Shown: positions 9,813 to 19,131, counted from the first letter of the stretch. The stretch is DNA of 64,000 bases from an uncultured virus (IMG/VR IMGVR_UViG_3300032167_007427) (IMGVR_UViG_3300032167_007427); one strand, 5' to 3'. Numbers and translations are program-made. The notes: generated by a model from the sequence alone, not told the origin.

Positions 9813-10211
9813 TTAACTCTGCATTTGCGAAGTTTTCGTGGCCCAATTTATGATATACATCATTTCTTCGTACGAATTTCCGTCTCTTCCGACTATGAAA
9901 TCAGCCAAAGTATATACCTCAGTAAGTTCATCGTAGTATTCTGTGCCACTGTTACAATATCGCCATTCCCCGTGAAACCAATCTGCCAGTTCAGCAAAAA
10001 ATAAATTACAGTCGTTTCCCGTGATTTCATAAACCTTCAATACACGTTCATAATCAAGGATTTCTATTTCCCAACAGCCATCGCCGTTATTACCACCTGC
10101 ATTCAAGTAAATAATATATATTTCGCCATCACAGCCGTGAATTTTTCCAGGTAAAAACACCGCATCGATACCGTCTTCGATTTCGACAACGTTACTATTA
10201 CAATTTCTCAT
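9813..10211 (-). CDS. Hypothetical acidic protein
   Basis: 132-aa ORF overlapping the upstream stop by 4 nt. Confidence 0.6.
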   Translation of the reverse strand: MRNCNSNVVEIEDGIDAVFLPGKIHGCDGEIYIIYLNAGGNNGDGCWEIEILDYERVLKVYEITGNDCNLFFAELADWFHGEWRYCNSGTEYYDELTEVYTLADFIVGRDGNSYEEMMYIINWATKTSQMQS

Positions 10212-10696
10212 AAAATATTTCTAACCTCAACTTGATTACAGTAAGCGTAATAAACGGTATTTTTAGTTCCGCTCGGTTGACCATTCCACGCAGCTATAAC
10301 TCTCGCCGAATGGTCTACCATCCATTCATTACGTATCTGAAAACACGGTTTACTATAACAACTACATACGTACTTAACAAAATCAGCTTTCTCAAGAATA
10401 CTATTATAACGTCTCCGCCAGGATTCATTCCATGTTTTTTCATAACCTTCATAAGGGCAGGCACACACCAACCGTAAGGCTTCGTTATTCTCCCTCAACG
10501 AAAGAACTATCTCTGCAGCCCAAATATCAACACCTTGTGCCATACCGGTTATGAACGTAGTAAAACCATCCTCAATAGCAAGTATTATTTCGTTTTTCAA
10601 CAGTTCTTTTACTGTATTCTCCGGTGCCCCCAACTTATACGGACGGTGTCCGGTAAAGCATACCCTATGTTTCCTCAATTCAATTTCTGAAGCCAT
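10208..10696 (-). CDS. SLOG (YspA/DUF1273) family protein
   Basis: VCFTGHRP, GMAQGVDIWAAE, RNEWMVDHS, SGTKNTV. Confidence 0.9.
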   Translation of the reverse strand: MASEIELRKHRVCFTGHRPYKLGAPENTVKELLKNEIILAIEDGFTTFITGMAQGVDIWAAEIVLSLRENNEALRLVCACPYEGYEKTWNESWRRRYNSILEKADFVKYVCSCYSKPCFQIRNEWMVDHSARVIAAWNGQPSGTKNTVYYAYCNQVEVRNIL

Positions 10697-10815
10697 AAAA
10701 ATCTCCTATAAATATCAGTGTATATAAAGCTCCTTGCATTATAGCCGTGCTTGGCGTTTATTCTTTTGTTCATGCTTATTGTTTATAATATAAGCATAAG
10801 TGTAATGCTATAAGC

Positions 10816-11151
10816 GTGGGAGGTGAAAACGTGACAAAGGAAAACATCGGACGCAGGATAAAAGAAGCAAGAACCAAACGTGGACTTACACAAGAACAGT
10901 TGGCGGAGAAAGCTGAAATAACTGTTGTATACCTTAGTGAACTTGAACGAGGGGTAAAATTACCAAGTCTCACGGTATTTGTCAGCATCGCAGAGACTTT
11001 ACACGTATCCACCGACTCGCTATTACGAGACGACTTAGAAACCGGCAAAGAATACATCTATAACGATCTCACTAAAAAGCTTGAACGTCTTACTCCGAAA
11101 CAGCGCATTGCTGTAACAGAAATCGTTGATGCTTATATACGTAATCTTTAA
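10816..11151 (+). CDS. XRE-family HTH regulator
   Basis: IGRRIKEARTKRGLTQEQLAEKA...YLSELERG; true start may be GTG 10831. Confidence 0.9.
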   Translation: MGGENVTKENIGRRIKEARTKRGLTQEQLAEKAEITVVYLSELERGVKLPSLTVFVSIAETLHVSTDSLLRDDLETGKEYIYNDLTKKLERLTPKQRIAVTEIVDAYIRNL

Positions 11152-11156
11152 TATTC

Positions 11157-11190
11157 AGGCAACCATCTGCGGATAGGTTGCCTTTTGATT
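11157..11190 (+). terminator. Intrinsic terminator
   Basis: AGGCAACC...GGTTGCCT followed by TTT. Confidence 0.7.
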
Positions 11191-11331
11191 TATCCCAAGC
11201 TGTCGAATAATCTCGAATACTTTTCATTTTTCGACAGCACTATTCGACGGTATTCTTTGATATAAGTGTATTATACTATGCTCACAGCACGGCTATCGTG
11301 CGAATAGTTTAACAAAGAGAGGTAAAAAAAT

Positions 11332-12390
11332 ATGACTTTCGTCATAAAACGTAAAATCGATGAATTGGGAAGATTGGTTCTCCCCATCGATCATAGGAAT
11401 CATTATAACATTTCATCGGGAGATGCAGTTAGTATAACCATAGTGGATAAAGGGTTTCTAATAAAGAAAGTCAACAAAATCACCGATGAGTGTAAATTTG
11501 TTGATGCTCTCGGTCGCATTGTAGTACCCAAACACGTAAGAGAAACCTTTAATCTTGAAACCAAAAGTAGTGTAGAAATACACGCTGCAGAAGAAGGAAT
11601 CCTTCTAATCCCCTGTACGGCTACTGACACACCGGTCAACATAACAGCAGATAATCACAGTAAAGATACGAGCAAAAACGAGGTATATGAAAAGGACTAT
11701 GCTTCCACACGGAAAGCATATCATACTTTACTATCAAACAACGGCGGTGACGAAGCTTATGATCTTATCAAATCACGAGGTATTATGCAGGCTATTGACA
11801 AACGTTTCCTCGAATTGCCACATATTATAAATCCCGAGAAAAAGAAGGCTTACGACAAATGCTTGCAAATACTTGACTCTTGGGCTATGCTCAAAGGCTG
11901 TAAGATAAGGGGAGAAGTAGACTATACTCACTTTGATGCACACATTGAAATGGAAAGCAAATTCTTTGAGTTCTTTGAAGCTCGTTCCTTTGATTATTTA
12001 CGAAATGTATTGGATGGAGCTCGTAGTATTACATTTACACCCACAAATGAAGATGAAATCAGAATGACCGCTTGTTTTGATTATTTCGAGAATATAGGCG
12101 ACATGGACAAGATCATCGAAGAAGAAATCGCCAAACACGCCGACGTTGTCGAAGCGTTAAATTACTCTGCAGACTTAGAACGTAATATAGTACTATCCGA
12201 TCCTATAATGTATAATTTCCTTTCCAAGGCAGCCGAAGAAGCCGGAACCACACCAGAGGAATTCCTTGAAATATTCGAGAGTGTTTGGGAAGAAAACCCT
12301 ATGGTTATACTTGAGTTATTACATAACGAGTTCCGCAAACGCGCAGAGGGTGTTTTACCCGATGATGAGAATCCGACGATAACAGAATAA
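11332..12390 (+). CDS. Tandem AbrB/SpoVT-domain protein with unknown C-terminus
   Basis: RKIDELGRLVLP and VDALGRIVVPK. Confidence 0.8.
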   Translation: MTFVIKRKIDELGRLVLPIDHRNHYNISSGDAVSITIVDKGFLIKKVNKITDECKFVDALGRIVVPKHVRETFNLETKSSVEIHAAEEGILLIPCTATDTPVNITADNHSKDTSKNEVYEKDYASTRKAYHTLLSNNGGDEAYDLIKSRGIMQAIDKRFLELPHIINPEKKKAYDKCLQILDSWAMLKGCKIRGEVDYTHFDAHIEMESKFFEFFEARSFDYLRNVLDGARSITFTPTNEDEIRMTACFDYFENIGDMDKIIEEEIAKHADVVEALNYSADLERNIVLSDPIMYNFLSKAAEEAGTTPEEFLEIFESVWEENPMVILELLHNEFRKRAEGVLPDDENPTITE

Positions 12391-12391
12391 T

Positions 12392-12434
12392 AAAGAGCGA
12401 CCTTTTCTACTACTACGAGGAAGGTCGCTCTTTT
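12392..12434. terminator. Bidirectional terminator
   Basis: AAAGAGCGACCTT...AAGGTCGCTCTTT between convergent genes. Confidence 0.85.
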
Positions 12435-12439
12435 ATACG

Positions 12440-13177
12440 TTATTTGTTATCTTCCTCATCAACTGCAAAATCTATAAAATTTTCGTAGGAAAGATCAGTG
12501 TCTATGGGGGCCTTTGCTTGCAACCAAAATTCGATAAATTCATTCCAAGCTGAATCAGGAAAGCCAAGTTCACTAAGCCTTTGTCCTATTTCTCCAGCTC
12601 TTTTCCTGCCGAGATTTCTAATCCTTAAGATCGCATCTTTGTCGGCATTTAGTACATCTGCAAGGGTTGTATAATTAGCACGAAGCAAACAATTAGTAGC
12701 ACCTACGGATAGCTGCAAATCTGTAACTTTTACAGGCTCATGTGAGACATCTACAGTTTCATCTTCACCTTTGGCAACAGCAAAGCCATTCGCATAACCT
12801 TTGTCATATTCTTCTCTTAATTGGATTTTTGAAAGTGTACTTGCACGCAACTCCGCCTGGGAATTAATATACCCTTCAAGACCCTGTATAATTAAAAAAC
12901 GCCTCGGACGTACGATGAGATTTCTTGTAGCCCTTTTGATTATTTGCCTTGCACGTTCTCTCGTTACACCGAAATGATTACCGATCTCTTCAAAAGTGTA
13001 TAAATAGCGATAACGCATAATTAAGGCAAGCTGATCCTGATCCGAAAGCATAGCTATGGCGGCGCTTATACCATTTCTTATATCAGGATTATTACAATTG
13101 ATTTCTATATCCTCATCGAAATATTTGATGAAGTCATCTATTAAATTTTGAGGATATGTAGTTTGTTTAATATCCAT
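12440..13177 (-). CDS. Sigma-70 region 4 / RNAP alpha-CTD fusion protein
   Basis: TFEEIGNHFGVTRERARQI; DLQLSVGATNCLLRANY...IRNLGRK. Confidence 0.8.
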   Translation of the reverse strand: MDIKQTTYPQNLIDDFIKYFDEDIEINCNNPDIRNGISAAIAMLSDQDQLALIMRYRYLYTFEEIGNHFGVTRERARQIIKRATRNLIVRPRRFLIIQGLEGYINSQAELRASTLSKIQLREEYDKGYANGFAVAKGEDETVDVSHEPVKVTDLQLSVGATNCLLRANYTTLADVLNADKDAILRIRNLGRKRAGEIGQRLSELGFPDSAWNEFIEFWLQAKAPIDTDLSYENFIDFAVDEEDNK

Positions 13178-13210
13178 ATTACCTCACTAAAAAATATTGT
13201 GTTATAAGAC

Positions 13211-14188
13211 CTATCTTGTATTACTAAGGTCACGTGCCTCGCTGATTGTATCGCAAGTGAGTAATGTATCAAGCATAGCCCACACTCGACCATTACGATA
13301 GATGTTTCCGGTTTTCACGGTTTTACTCGGAACAATAGTGGGGCCGAGCTCAAATATGAAATGTTCAGTTTCCCATATTTCATCGGGCATTTCAGGAATT
13401 TCCATATGAACATTTTTGGTTACCGTGTAGTCTTCGATATGATGAATAGCCTGTAACTGTCCGGCATATCGAAATGCTATGTAGTTCGGAGGTTCTTTGG
13501 GAAAACCGTACTTACCAACCGGGCAAAAATATTTGTTATGTTTCTTTACTATTTCTATCCAGGTAAGACTACATCTGTCCGGTGTACCGCTACCTAAAGA
13601 TACAACATAAACCCAATTTGAATCCTTATTCTGCATCGTCATTATACCTCTCAAATATTCACAAAACTCATCTAACAGTCTTTTTTCAGCATGGTTGTTA
13701 GAAGCCATGTGCGAGTCCATTGCCAACGCATACACTTCTTTCCACGGCAAATGCAACACCGGAGTACCGTTGACAATCTTAAACGGTAAATATGCGTCCG
13801 CAAATTCCCTTGAACATTCCGAAAGTGTAATTATAACCTTTTTTGTCGCTTTCGATTTTACAAAATCATCTCGCAAAGAATACTTTGTAAGCTGTTCCGC
13901 TTCGGGTAATATCCACCCTCTCTTTGCTTCAAAGATAATATGTACATTATGTCCGTCTGTTATTTCAATATCGGTAATACCAGTCGTGGCATCGTAACTT
14001 TGATTTTTTATAGTAATTTCTTGAGGCTCAATCGCAACACCGGTGACACTACCCACTACTTTTGAAAGAAACATCGGACACTTATTTAACGCCCACGACA
14101 TACTCAATGTAATGTCGTTTTCTTTGTCTCCCAATAATTGAAATATACTGCTTATCTCTTTTCCATAGGAAATCAACTGTGACATCAT
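13211..14188 (-). CDS. PD-(D/E)XK nuclease-like protein
   Basis: EN..T, TDIEI...IFEAK...QL..Y pattern. Confidence 0.65.
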   Translation of the reverse strand: MMSQLISYGKEISSIFQLLGDKENDITLSMSWALNKCPMFLSKVVGSVTGVAIEPQEITIKNQSYDATTGITDIEITDGHNVHIIFEAKRGWILPEAEQLTKYSLRDDFVKSKATKKVIITLSECSREFADAYLPFKIVNGTPVLHLPWKEVYALAMDSHMASNNHAEKRLLDEFCEYLRGIMTMQNKDSNWVYVVSLGSGTPDRCSLTWIEIVKKHNKYFCPVGKYGFPKEPPNYIAFRYAGQLQAIHHIEDYTVTKNVHMEIPEMPDEIWETEHFIFELGPTIVPSKTVKTGNIYRNGRVWAMLDTLLTCDTISEARDLSNTR

Positions 14189-14511
14189 TAACCTCTTTCT
14201 TTCAGAAGCTCAATCATACGATTTATAATCGGTTGTACATCACCTTTATTATAACGATTATCAAAACAACCGTACTGTGCAAAGTGGTCTTCTCTAAATA
14301 GCATCGTAAATAACGCACAGCACAAATCATAATCAGCCGTGGGTACTCGTTTCAACTCATCATTGCAGTTAATCGGTTCTGTAATCATATACGCCCCATA
14401 ATCTCTTTTTGTATCGCCCATTTCTTCGAGCATATCCTGAAAGTAATCGACTAAGCAACAAGGCTGTGGCGGTACTTGGGACAAAAGTTTTATCTTATCG
14501 TTATTAGTCAT
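14188..14511 (-). CDS. Small helical protein (DUF6508-like)
   Basis: ALFTMLFREDHF...GCF...IINRM; coupled to next gene. Confidence 0.55.
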   Translation of the reverse strand: MTNNDKIKLLSQVPPQPCCLVDYFQDMLEEMGDTKRDYGAYMITEPINCNDELKRVPTADYDLCCALFTMLFREDHFAQYGCFDNRYNKGDVQPIINRMIELLKERG

Positions 14512-14513
14512 AT

Positions 14514-14786
14514 TTATGCTCGTCTCCTCTCCACAAACCATCTTCCGATAATATTACCGGTCAAGTTGGTGCTACGTTCAAAAAACAGATAGCTCTGCTT
14601 ACCGTTCACGAGAATTGTGTATCTATCACCTTGTCCGCCGGCTTTAAGTGCGGGGGCCTGTCTGATATCAAGAACACGATCTATGGCATACTTTTCTCCA
14701 TCTTCCCAGGTCAACTCCCTGGGAAGCATTATACCGTCCTCCTTAAACTCTGCACGGACAGCAACATAAACCTTGGGGTTATTCAT
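14514..14786 (-). CDS. Small protein of the dinB/ImmA cassette
   Basis: KVYVAVRAEF...PRELTWEDG..YAIDRV...GGQGDRY; RBS GAGGA. Confidence 0.75.
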   Translation of the reverse strand: MNNPKVYVAVRAEFKEDGIMLPRELTWEDGEKYAIDRVLDIRQAPALKAGGQGDRYTILVNGKQSYLFFERSTNLTGNIIGRWFVERRRA

Positions 14787-15333
14787 TGTAGTCTGCATTC
14801 CTCGGCACCTCCATATCACGAAGGAAGTTTCCACTCGCACTTATAGGCGGTTCAATCATTTTGTAACCTTTCCACTTCATAACGCGGAACTTGAAGTCAA
14901 GCAGCTCGGCCGGCACACGAAGCATTGCTGCCGCAGAAAAGAAAGTTGTATCTCTATTCAATGCATAAAGTACATCCTTATCATCCATAAGAAATTCAGC
15001 AGCAAAAAGGTTCGCTTCCTTCTCCATCATAGAGCTTTCATCAAACATTGCCACATCGTGAAAAGCCGATAATCCCTCAGAACGGTGGAGCATTGCGTGT
15101 CCAAGTTCGTGTGCAAGGATTATTCTTTGTATAACGACAGGCAAGTCACTATTTATCGTGATAGTCTTTATCCGTTTACATTCTAAATAAAAACCTTTAA
15201 TTGCATCGGGGGCAGTTCCAAAAGATTTATACAAGACAACAATCCCCATATCCCTACAAAGCCGTATGGGGTCGCTTTCGCTGTAGGTCTTTTTTAACCT
15301 TTGAACTGCACTACAGATGTCTGAAAATGACAT
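14779..15333 (-). CDS. ImmA/IrrE zinc metalloprotease
   Basis: LAHELGH, EKEANLFAAEFL. Confidence 0.93.
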   Translation of the reverse strand: MSFSDICSAVQRLKKTYSESDPIRLCRDMGIVVLYKSFGTAPDAIKGFYLECKRIKTITINSDLPVVIQRIILAHELGHAMLHRSEGLSAFHDVAMFDESSMMEKEANLFAAEFLMDDKDVLYALNRDTTFFSAAAMLRVPAELLDFKFRVMKWKGYKMIEPPISASGNFLRDMEVPRNADYNE

Positions 15334-15420
15334 TGATTCTTCCTTTCCTACCAAAAGGTATAATTGTCCCTTGTCCCTTGGTATTAGTTTAACATATCCT
15401 ATGTACAATAAATGGGACAG

Positions 15421-15846
15421 TTAAGATTTACGTCCGAACTTTTTCTTTGCTTCTTCTCTGCAAGTAAAATATGCCTGGGTTACAGCTTCAAAAAACATAT
15501 CCTTCTGTTCTTGTGAAAGTTCTCCGCCGGCAAACAATGCAGTGTTAGCAGCAAGCAAGCCCTCCATATCACGAGCACCTTTCTCACCATAAAGCGCACG
15601 AGCCTCTGCAACATAGTCATCCTGCTCTATGTCAGCAAGAGGGTCTGTACATTCATCATCAGAAAGGTACTTTACGGATACTTTCAAAACACCTGCTAAC
15701 TTAACAAGTGTGGATTTCCTTGGTATTGCCCCCTGAGATTCGTAAGAAGCCACAGTCCTTCTTGAAACACCAATACTTTCGGCAAGTTCCAACTGTGTCA
15801 TTTTTGATGTTTCTCTTGCTCTTTTAATCTTATCTGAGAAAGTCAT
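15421..15846 (-). CDS. XRE repressor (ImmR-like)
   Basis: MTFSDKIKRAR...TQLELAESIGVSRRTVASYE; RBS AAGGAG. Confidence 0.92.
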   Translation of the reverse strand: MTFSDKIKRARETSKMTQLELAESIGVSRRTVASYESQGAIPRKSTLVKLAGVLKVSVKYLSDDECTDPLADIEQDDYVAEARALYGEKGARDMEGLLAANTALFAGGELSQEQKDMFFEAVTQAYFTCREEAKKKFGRKS

Positions 15847-15877
15847 AACTATCTCCTTTTCAAAAATATCGTCTCGT

Positions 15878-16008
15878 AACTTCACCAACTTCACAAAATC
15901 TATTGACAAATCGCTTATGCTGTACTATCATATTTGCGTGAAGTTTGTGAAGTTGTGCTTTTATTTTAGCACTCAAACTTCATCTTGTCAATAGTTTTGT
16001 GTGAAGTT
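15878..16008. promoter_or_regulatory. Face-to-face promoters with AACTTCAC operator array
   Basis: + strand TTGACA(15903)-N17-TATCAT; - strand TTGACA(15991)-N17-TAAAAT; six AACTTCA(C)/GTGAAGTT boxes. Confidence 0.8.
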
Positions 16009-16028
16009 TTGTAAAAAGAGGTGAGAAA

Positions 16029-17270
16029 ATGAGCAACAGGGCTATTTTGCATAGTGACTTAAATTGCTTTTATGCTTCTGTCGAAATGATGCTTAACCCC
16101 AAATTACGTGGCAAAGCTGTAGCGGTATGCGGCTGCACAGAAGACCGTCACGGTATTGTTTTAGCAAAATCTGAACTTGCTAAAAAAGCAGGAGTAAAAA
16201 CCGGGATGGTCAATTGGGAAGCACAACGCCTTTGCAAAGACCTTGTCATTGTTCCACCGCAATATGACCAATACCTAAAATACTCAAAGTTAACCCAGGC
16301 TATCTATTCTCGATACACAGATTTAATAGAGCCCTTTGGTATGGATGAGTGTTGGCTCGATGTAACCGGAAGTCGTAATGCCTGTGGAAATGCTATGACT
16401 ATTGCAGAAAACATTCGTAAAACGGTACGTAACGAATTAGGTCTTACAGTATCTATAGGCGTCTCATACAACAAAATCTTTGCAAAACTTGGGTCGGATA
16501 TGAAGAAACCCGATGCTATTACTGAAATCACCAAAGACTCTTTCAAAGAAAAGATATGGGGACTTCCTTGCAGCGAACTTATATATTGTGGCCCCGCAAC
16601 AACAAAAAAGTTAGCTCGCATAGGAATTTATACAATCGGACAATTAGCCAAAGCCGACCCGCAACTCTTGAGGAGCATTCTCGGTGTAAATGGATATGCT
16701 TTATGGACATATGCAAATGGTCAGGACACTTCATGTGTTATGCACCGCGACTTTGTTTCCCCCGTTAAATCAATAGGACACGGAATAACTTGTGTAGCTG
16801 ACCTCGTAGACGAAGATGAAGTATGGAAAGTTATACTCTCCCTCTCTCAAGATATAGGACACCGTTTGCGTATACACGAACTATCTGCACGTAGTGTCCA
16901 AATTTCAATACGTGGAAACGACCTCTTCGGTACACAGTATCAAGCAAAATTACCTTTCAAAACGCAATTACCCTCTGAAATCGCCTCGACAGCTTTCCAC
17001 ATTTTCAAGAGTAATTATCGTTGGAGAAATAATGTCAGAGCCGTAACAGTACGTGCCATTGACCTCGTTCCCTATAACACATCGGAGCAGTTATCTTTAT
17101 TCGATGATATTGAAAGACGTGATCGGCGTGAACGTTTAGAAGATTGTGTAGAAGAAATCCGTGGAAGGTTCGGCAAAGACGCACTTACCTATTGCACATT
17201 GCTTGGCAACATTAAAATTCCTGGCGACGGACGAGAAAAAGTAAAAATGCCTGGAATGATGTATAGATAA
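16029..17270 (+). CDS. dinB: Y-family DNA polymerase IV
   Basis: ILHSDLNCFYASVE, GMDECWLD, SIGVSYNKIFAKLGSDMKKPD. Confidence 0.95.
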   Translation: MSNRAILHSDLNCFYASVEMMLNPKLRGKAVAVCGCTEDRHGIVLAKSELAKKAGVKTGMVNWEAQRLCKDLVIVPPQYDQYLKYSKLTQAIYSRYTDLIEPFGMDECWLDVTGSRNACGNAMTIAENIRKTVRNELGLTVSIGVSYNKIFAKLGSDMKKPDAITEITKDSFKEKIWGLPCSELIYCGPATTKKLARIGIYTIGQLAKADPQLLRSILGVNGYALWTYANGQDTSCVMHRDFVSPVKSIGHGITCVADLVDEDEVWKVILSLSQDIGHRLRIHELSARSVQISIRGNDLFGTQYQAKLPFKTQLPSEIASTAFHIFKSNYRWRNNVRAVTVRAIDLVPYNTSEQLSLFDDIERRDRRERLEDCVEEIRGRFGKDALTYCTLLGNIKIPGDGREKVKMPGMMYR

Positions 17271-17312
17271 TTGTAGGTTCAAAAATTGCCGCATAATTTT
17301 ATATTTGAACCA

Positions 17313-17341
17313 TTGACAATTATCGGTACAAGTGTTATAAT
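17313..17341 (+). promoter_or_regulatory. Consensus SigA promoter
   Basis: TTGACA-N17-TATAAT with TG. Confidence 0.85.
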
Positions 17342-17372
17342 GTTTATAGTAAAATTTGAACGGAGGAATTTT

Positions 17373-18314
17373 ATGTCTCGACAGTACAACGAAAAAATGG
17401 AAAATAGATTTGAATTATACGGGGATGAATACGAGTTGGTCTATCCTACTAATCTTGAGGAACTTGTAGAAGCCATCCGCATAAGAGATCTCCTTCAGCA
17501 AGGAATCGATTCCCATGAACCCGACAGCGGTCATCCTTATTATCATCTCCACAGAACTCAAACGGAATGGATTGATGACTTTGTCGTTAATCTCGGGGAA
17601 TTTGACAACAGCTTCTTGATGAAAAATATAGCCTTTCTTACCAAAAAGAACGGCATCGGCATCGGGAATCTCGAAAAAATACTTGGCATCAGTGCGGGTT
17701 ATATATCTCGCACAGCTAAAGGTACATCCGGTAAAAAAATGAGCATCGACAATGTGTGGCGCATAGCTCGTTTGTTCGGAGTTGATCTTCGCTCCCTTCT
17801 TGAATGCGACTTGAAAATTTCCAATACTAATACCGAACTTCTCATACGTTTTTTAGAAAAATTAAGTCGTCAAACAGAAGCAAACGAAATCATATGGAAA
17901 AACTGCGGCGGTGCTATCTGTAATTTAGATGAACGTCTTGCGGCCTTTCCTTACTTCGTAGAAGAAGAGGATGCTTTGGTTTATAAGGTTCCGCATCTTA
18001 ATCCTGATAAGCGGTTCATAATAGTCGATGATATTTTCTCTTGTAAGGACATCGACCCACAAAGAGAGTTTATTATGGTTGCCTACACTATGGAGGGACG
18101 TGAAAATTTCTATGAAGTGGATTTTTACTTCCTATCTGCGGATGCAAATTCTCCTGAACAATATCGTTTGGAAAAAGCATTCTTTTCTGCCGATGATAAA
18201 TTCCAGGTACTTGATACATATGCAAGCAACTTGATGCACAATGTGCAAACACAAGAAATGGACGCAACTTTGACTCCCACGGTCAGAAACCTCATCACCG
18301 ATTATCTTAACTAA
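17373..18314 (+). CDS. Protein with central XRE HTH (candidate repressor)
   Basis: NIAFLTKKNGIGIGNLEKILGISAGYISR...IARLFGVDL; RBS GGAGG. Confidence 0.75.
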   Translation: MSRQYNEKMENRFELYGDEYELVYPTNLEELVEAIRIRDLLQQGIDSHEPDSGHPYYHLHRTQTEWIDDFVVNLGEFDNSFLMKNIAFLTKKNGIGIGNLEKILGISAGYISRTAKGTSGKKMSIDNVWRIARLFGVDLRSLLECDLKISNTNTELLIRFLEKLSRQTEANEIIWKNCGGAICNLDERLAAFPYFVEEEDALVYKVPHLNPDKRFIIVDDIFSCKDIDPQREFIMVAYTMEGRENFYEVDFYFLSADANSPEQYRLEKAFFSADDKFQVLDTYASNLMHNVQTQEMDATLTPTVRNLITDYLN

Positions 18315-18327
18315 AGGAGGACACCAT

Positions 18328-18522
18328 ATGGCAGATAACCAAAAAAAGAATAAAACAATGGTATATACGCCCAACCGCCACATCCCTATTGGTGAGGCTA
18401 TAAAAACTGAGAGTGGTGAATACGCTCTTCGTATTAAAAGACCCAATAGTAAAGATATAGAAATAATCTCAATAGGAAAACTTGTATCCGAGGTTGCCCA
18501 AACAGCCGAAGCACAAGGTTAA
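18328..18522 (+). CDS. Small hypothetical protein
   Basis: Strong RBS AAGGAGG; 64 aa. Confidence 0.7.
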   Translation: MADNQKKNKTMVYTPNRHIPIGEAIKTESGEYALRIKRPNSKDIEIISIGKLVSEVAQTAEAQG

Positions 18523-18595
18523 GCAGAGAACCCAAGAGAGGGACTCGCTATTACACAGAATATAGCTCTCGACGAGCGGAACCAAATACGAGTTC

Positions 18596-18649
18596 AGCCG
18601 GCACGAGCATCCCAGGTTTATAGCCTGGAATGTTTGTGTCGGCTTTTTT
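18596..18649 (+). terminator. Long (21-bp) hairpin terminator
   Basis: AGCCGGCACGAGCATCCCAGG pairs with CCTGGAATGTTTGTGTCGGCT; T run follows. Confidence 0.8.
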
Positions 18650-18981
18650 GTGTATATGAACATAGCCGGCTACATCTATACCAACAAATCGAACATATCG
18701 GAAACCGTATAACTTATTATTCTATGCTCCCGATTTGTAATTTATGCATTATTTTCAAAAATTCTCGTTTAGACACTTATCGACCACAAAAAACATTTTC
18801 CTTGCATATAATTTAATATCCTCAAATATGCTCAGAGCATAAAATGTCGGGTAATAGCATAGTATTAAAATACGAAAAGTTTATTGCTGAATTTGCTATT
18901 ACTATGAAGATAAAATAACACGTAAATAAAAAATCATAGGGGTCTACCCGCGCACAAATCTAAAAGAAAGGAGAAATCAAA

Positions 18982-19131
18982 ATGACGGAAGTAAGAAATC
19001 TTGATGATCGTAAGGTTTGTACTATCGAGCCATCGATGAAAACAGTAGTTATTATCATCAAAGGCGTAGAGACAAGCATTATCTTTAACGATGATGGTAC
19101 ATACGACATCAAACACCGAAAGATTAAATAA
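18982..19131 (+). CDS. 49-aa protein not in ORF track (MTEVRNLDDRKVC...)
   Basis: RBS AAAGGAG, open frame to TAA. Confidence 0.7.
   Translation: MTEVRNLDDRKVCTIEPSMKTVVIIIKGVETSIIFNDDGTYDIKHRKIK

Noticed and set aside
15878..16008. Short repeats as a CRISPR array
   Set aside because: 8-bp boxes in both orientations, no spacer periodicity, no cas operon
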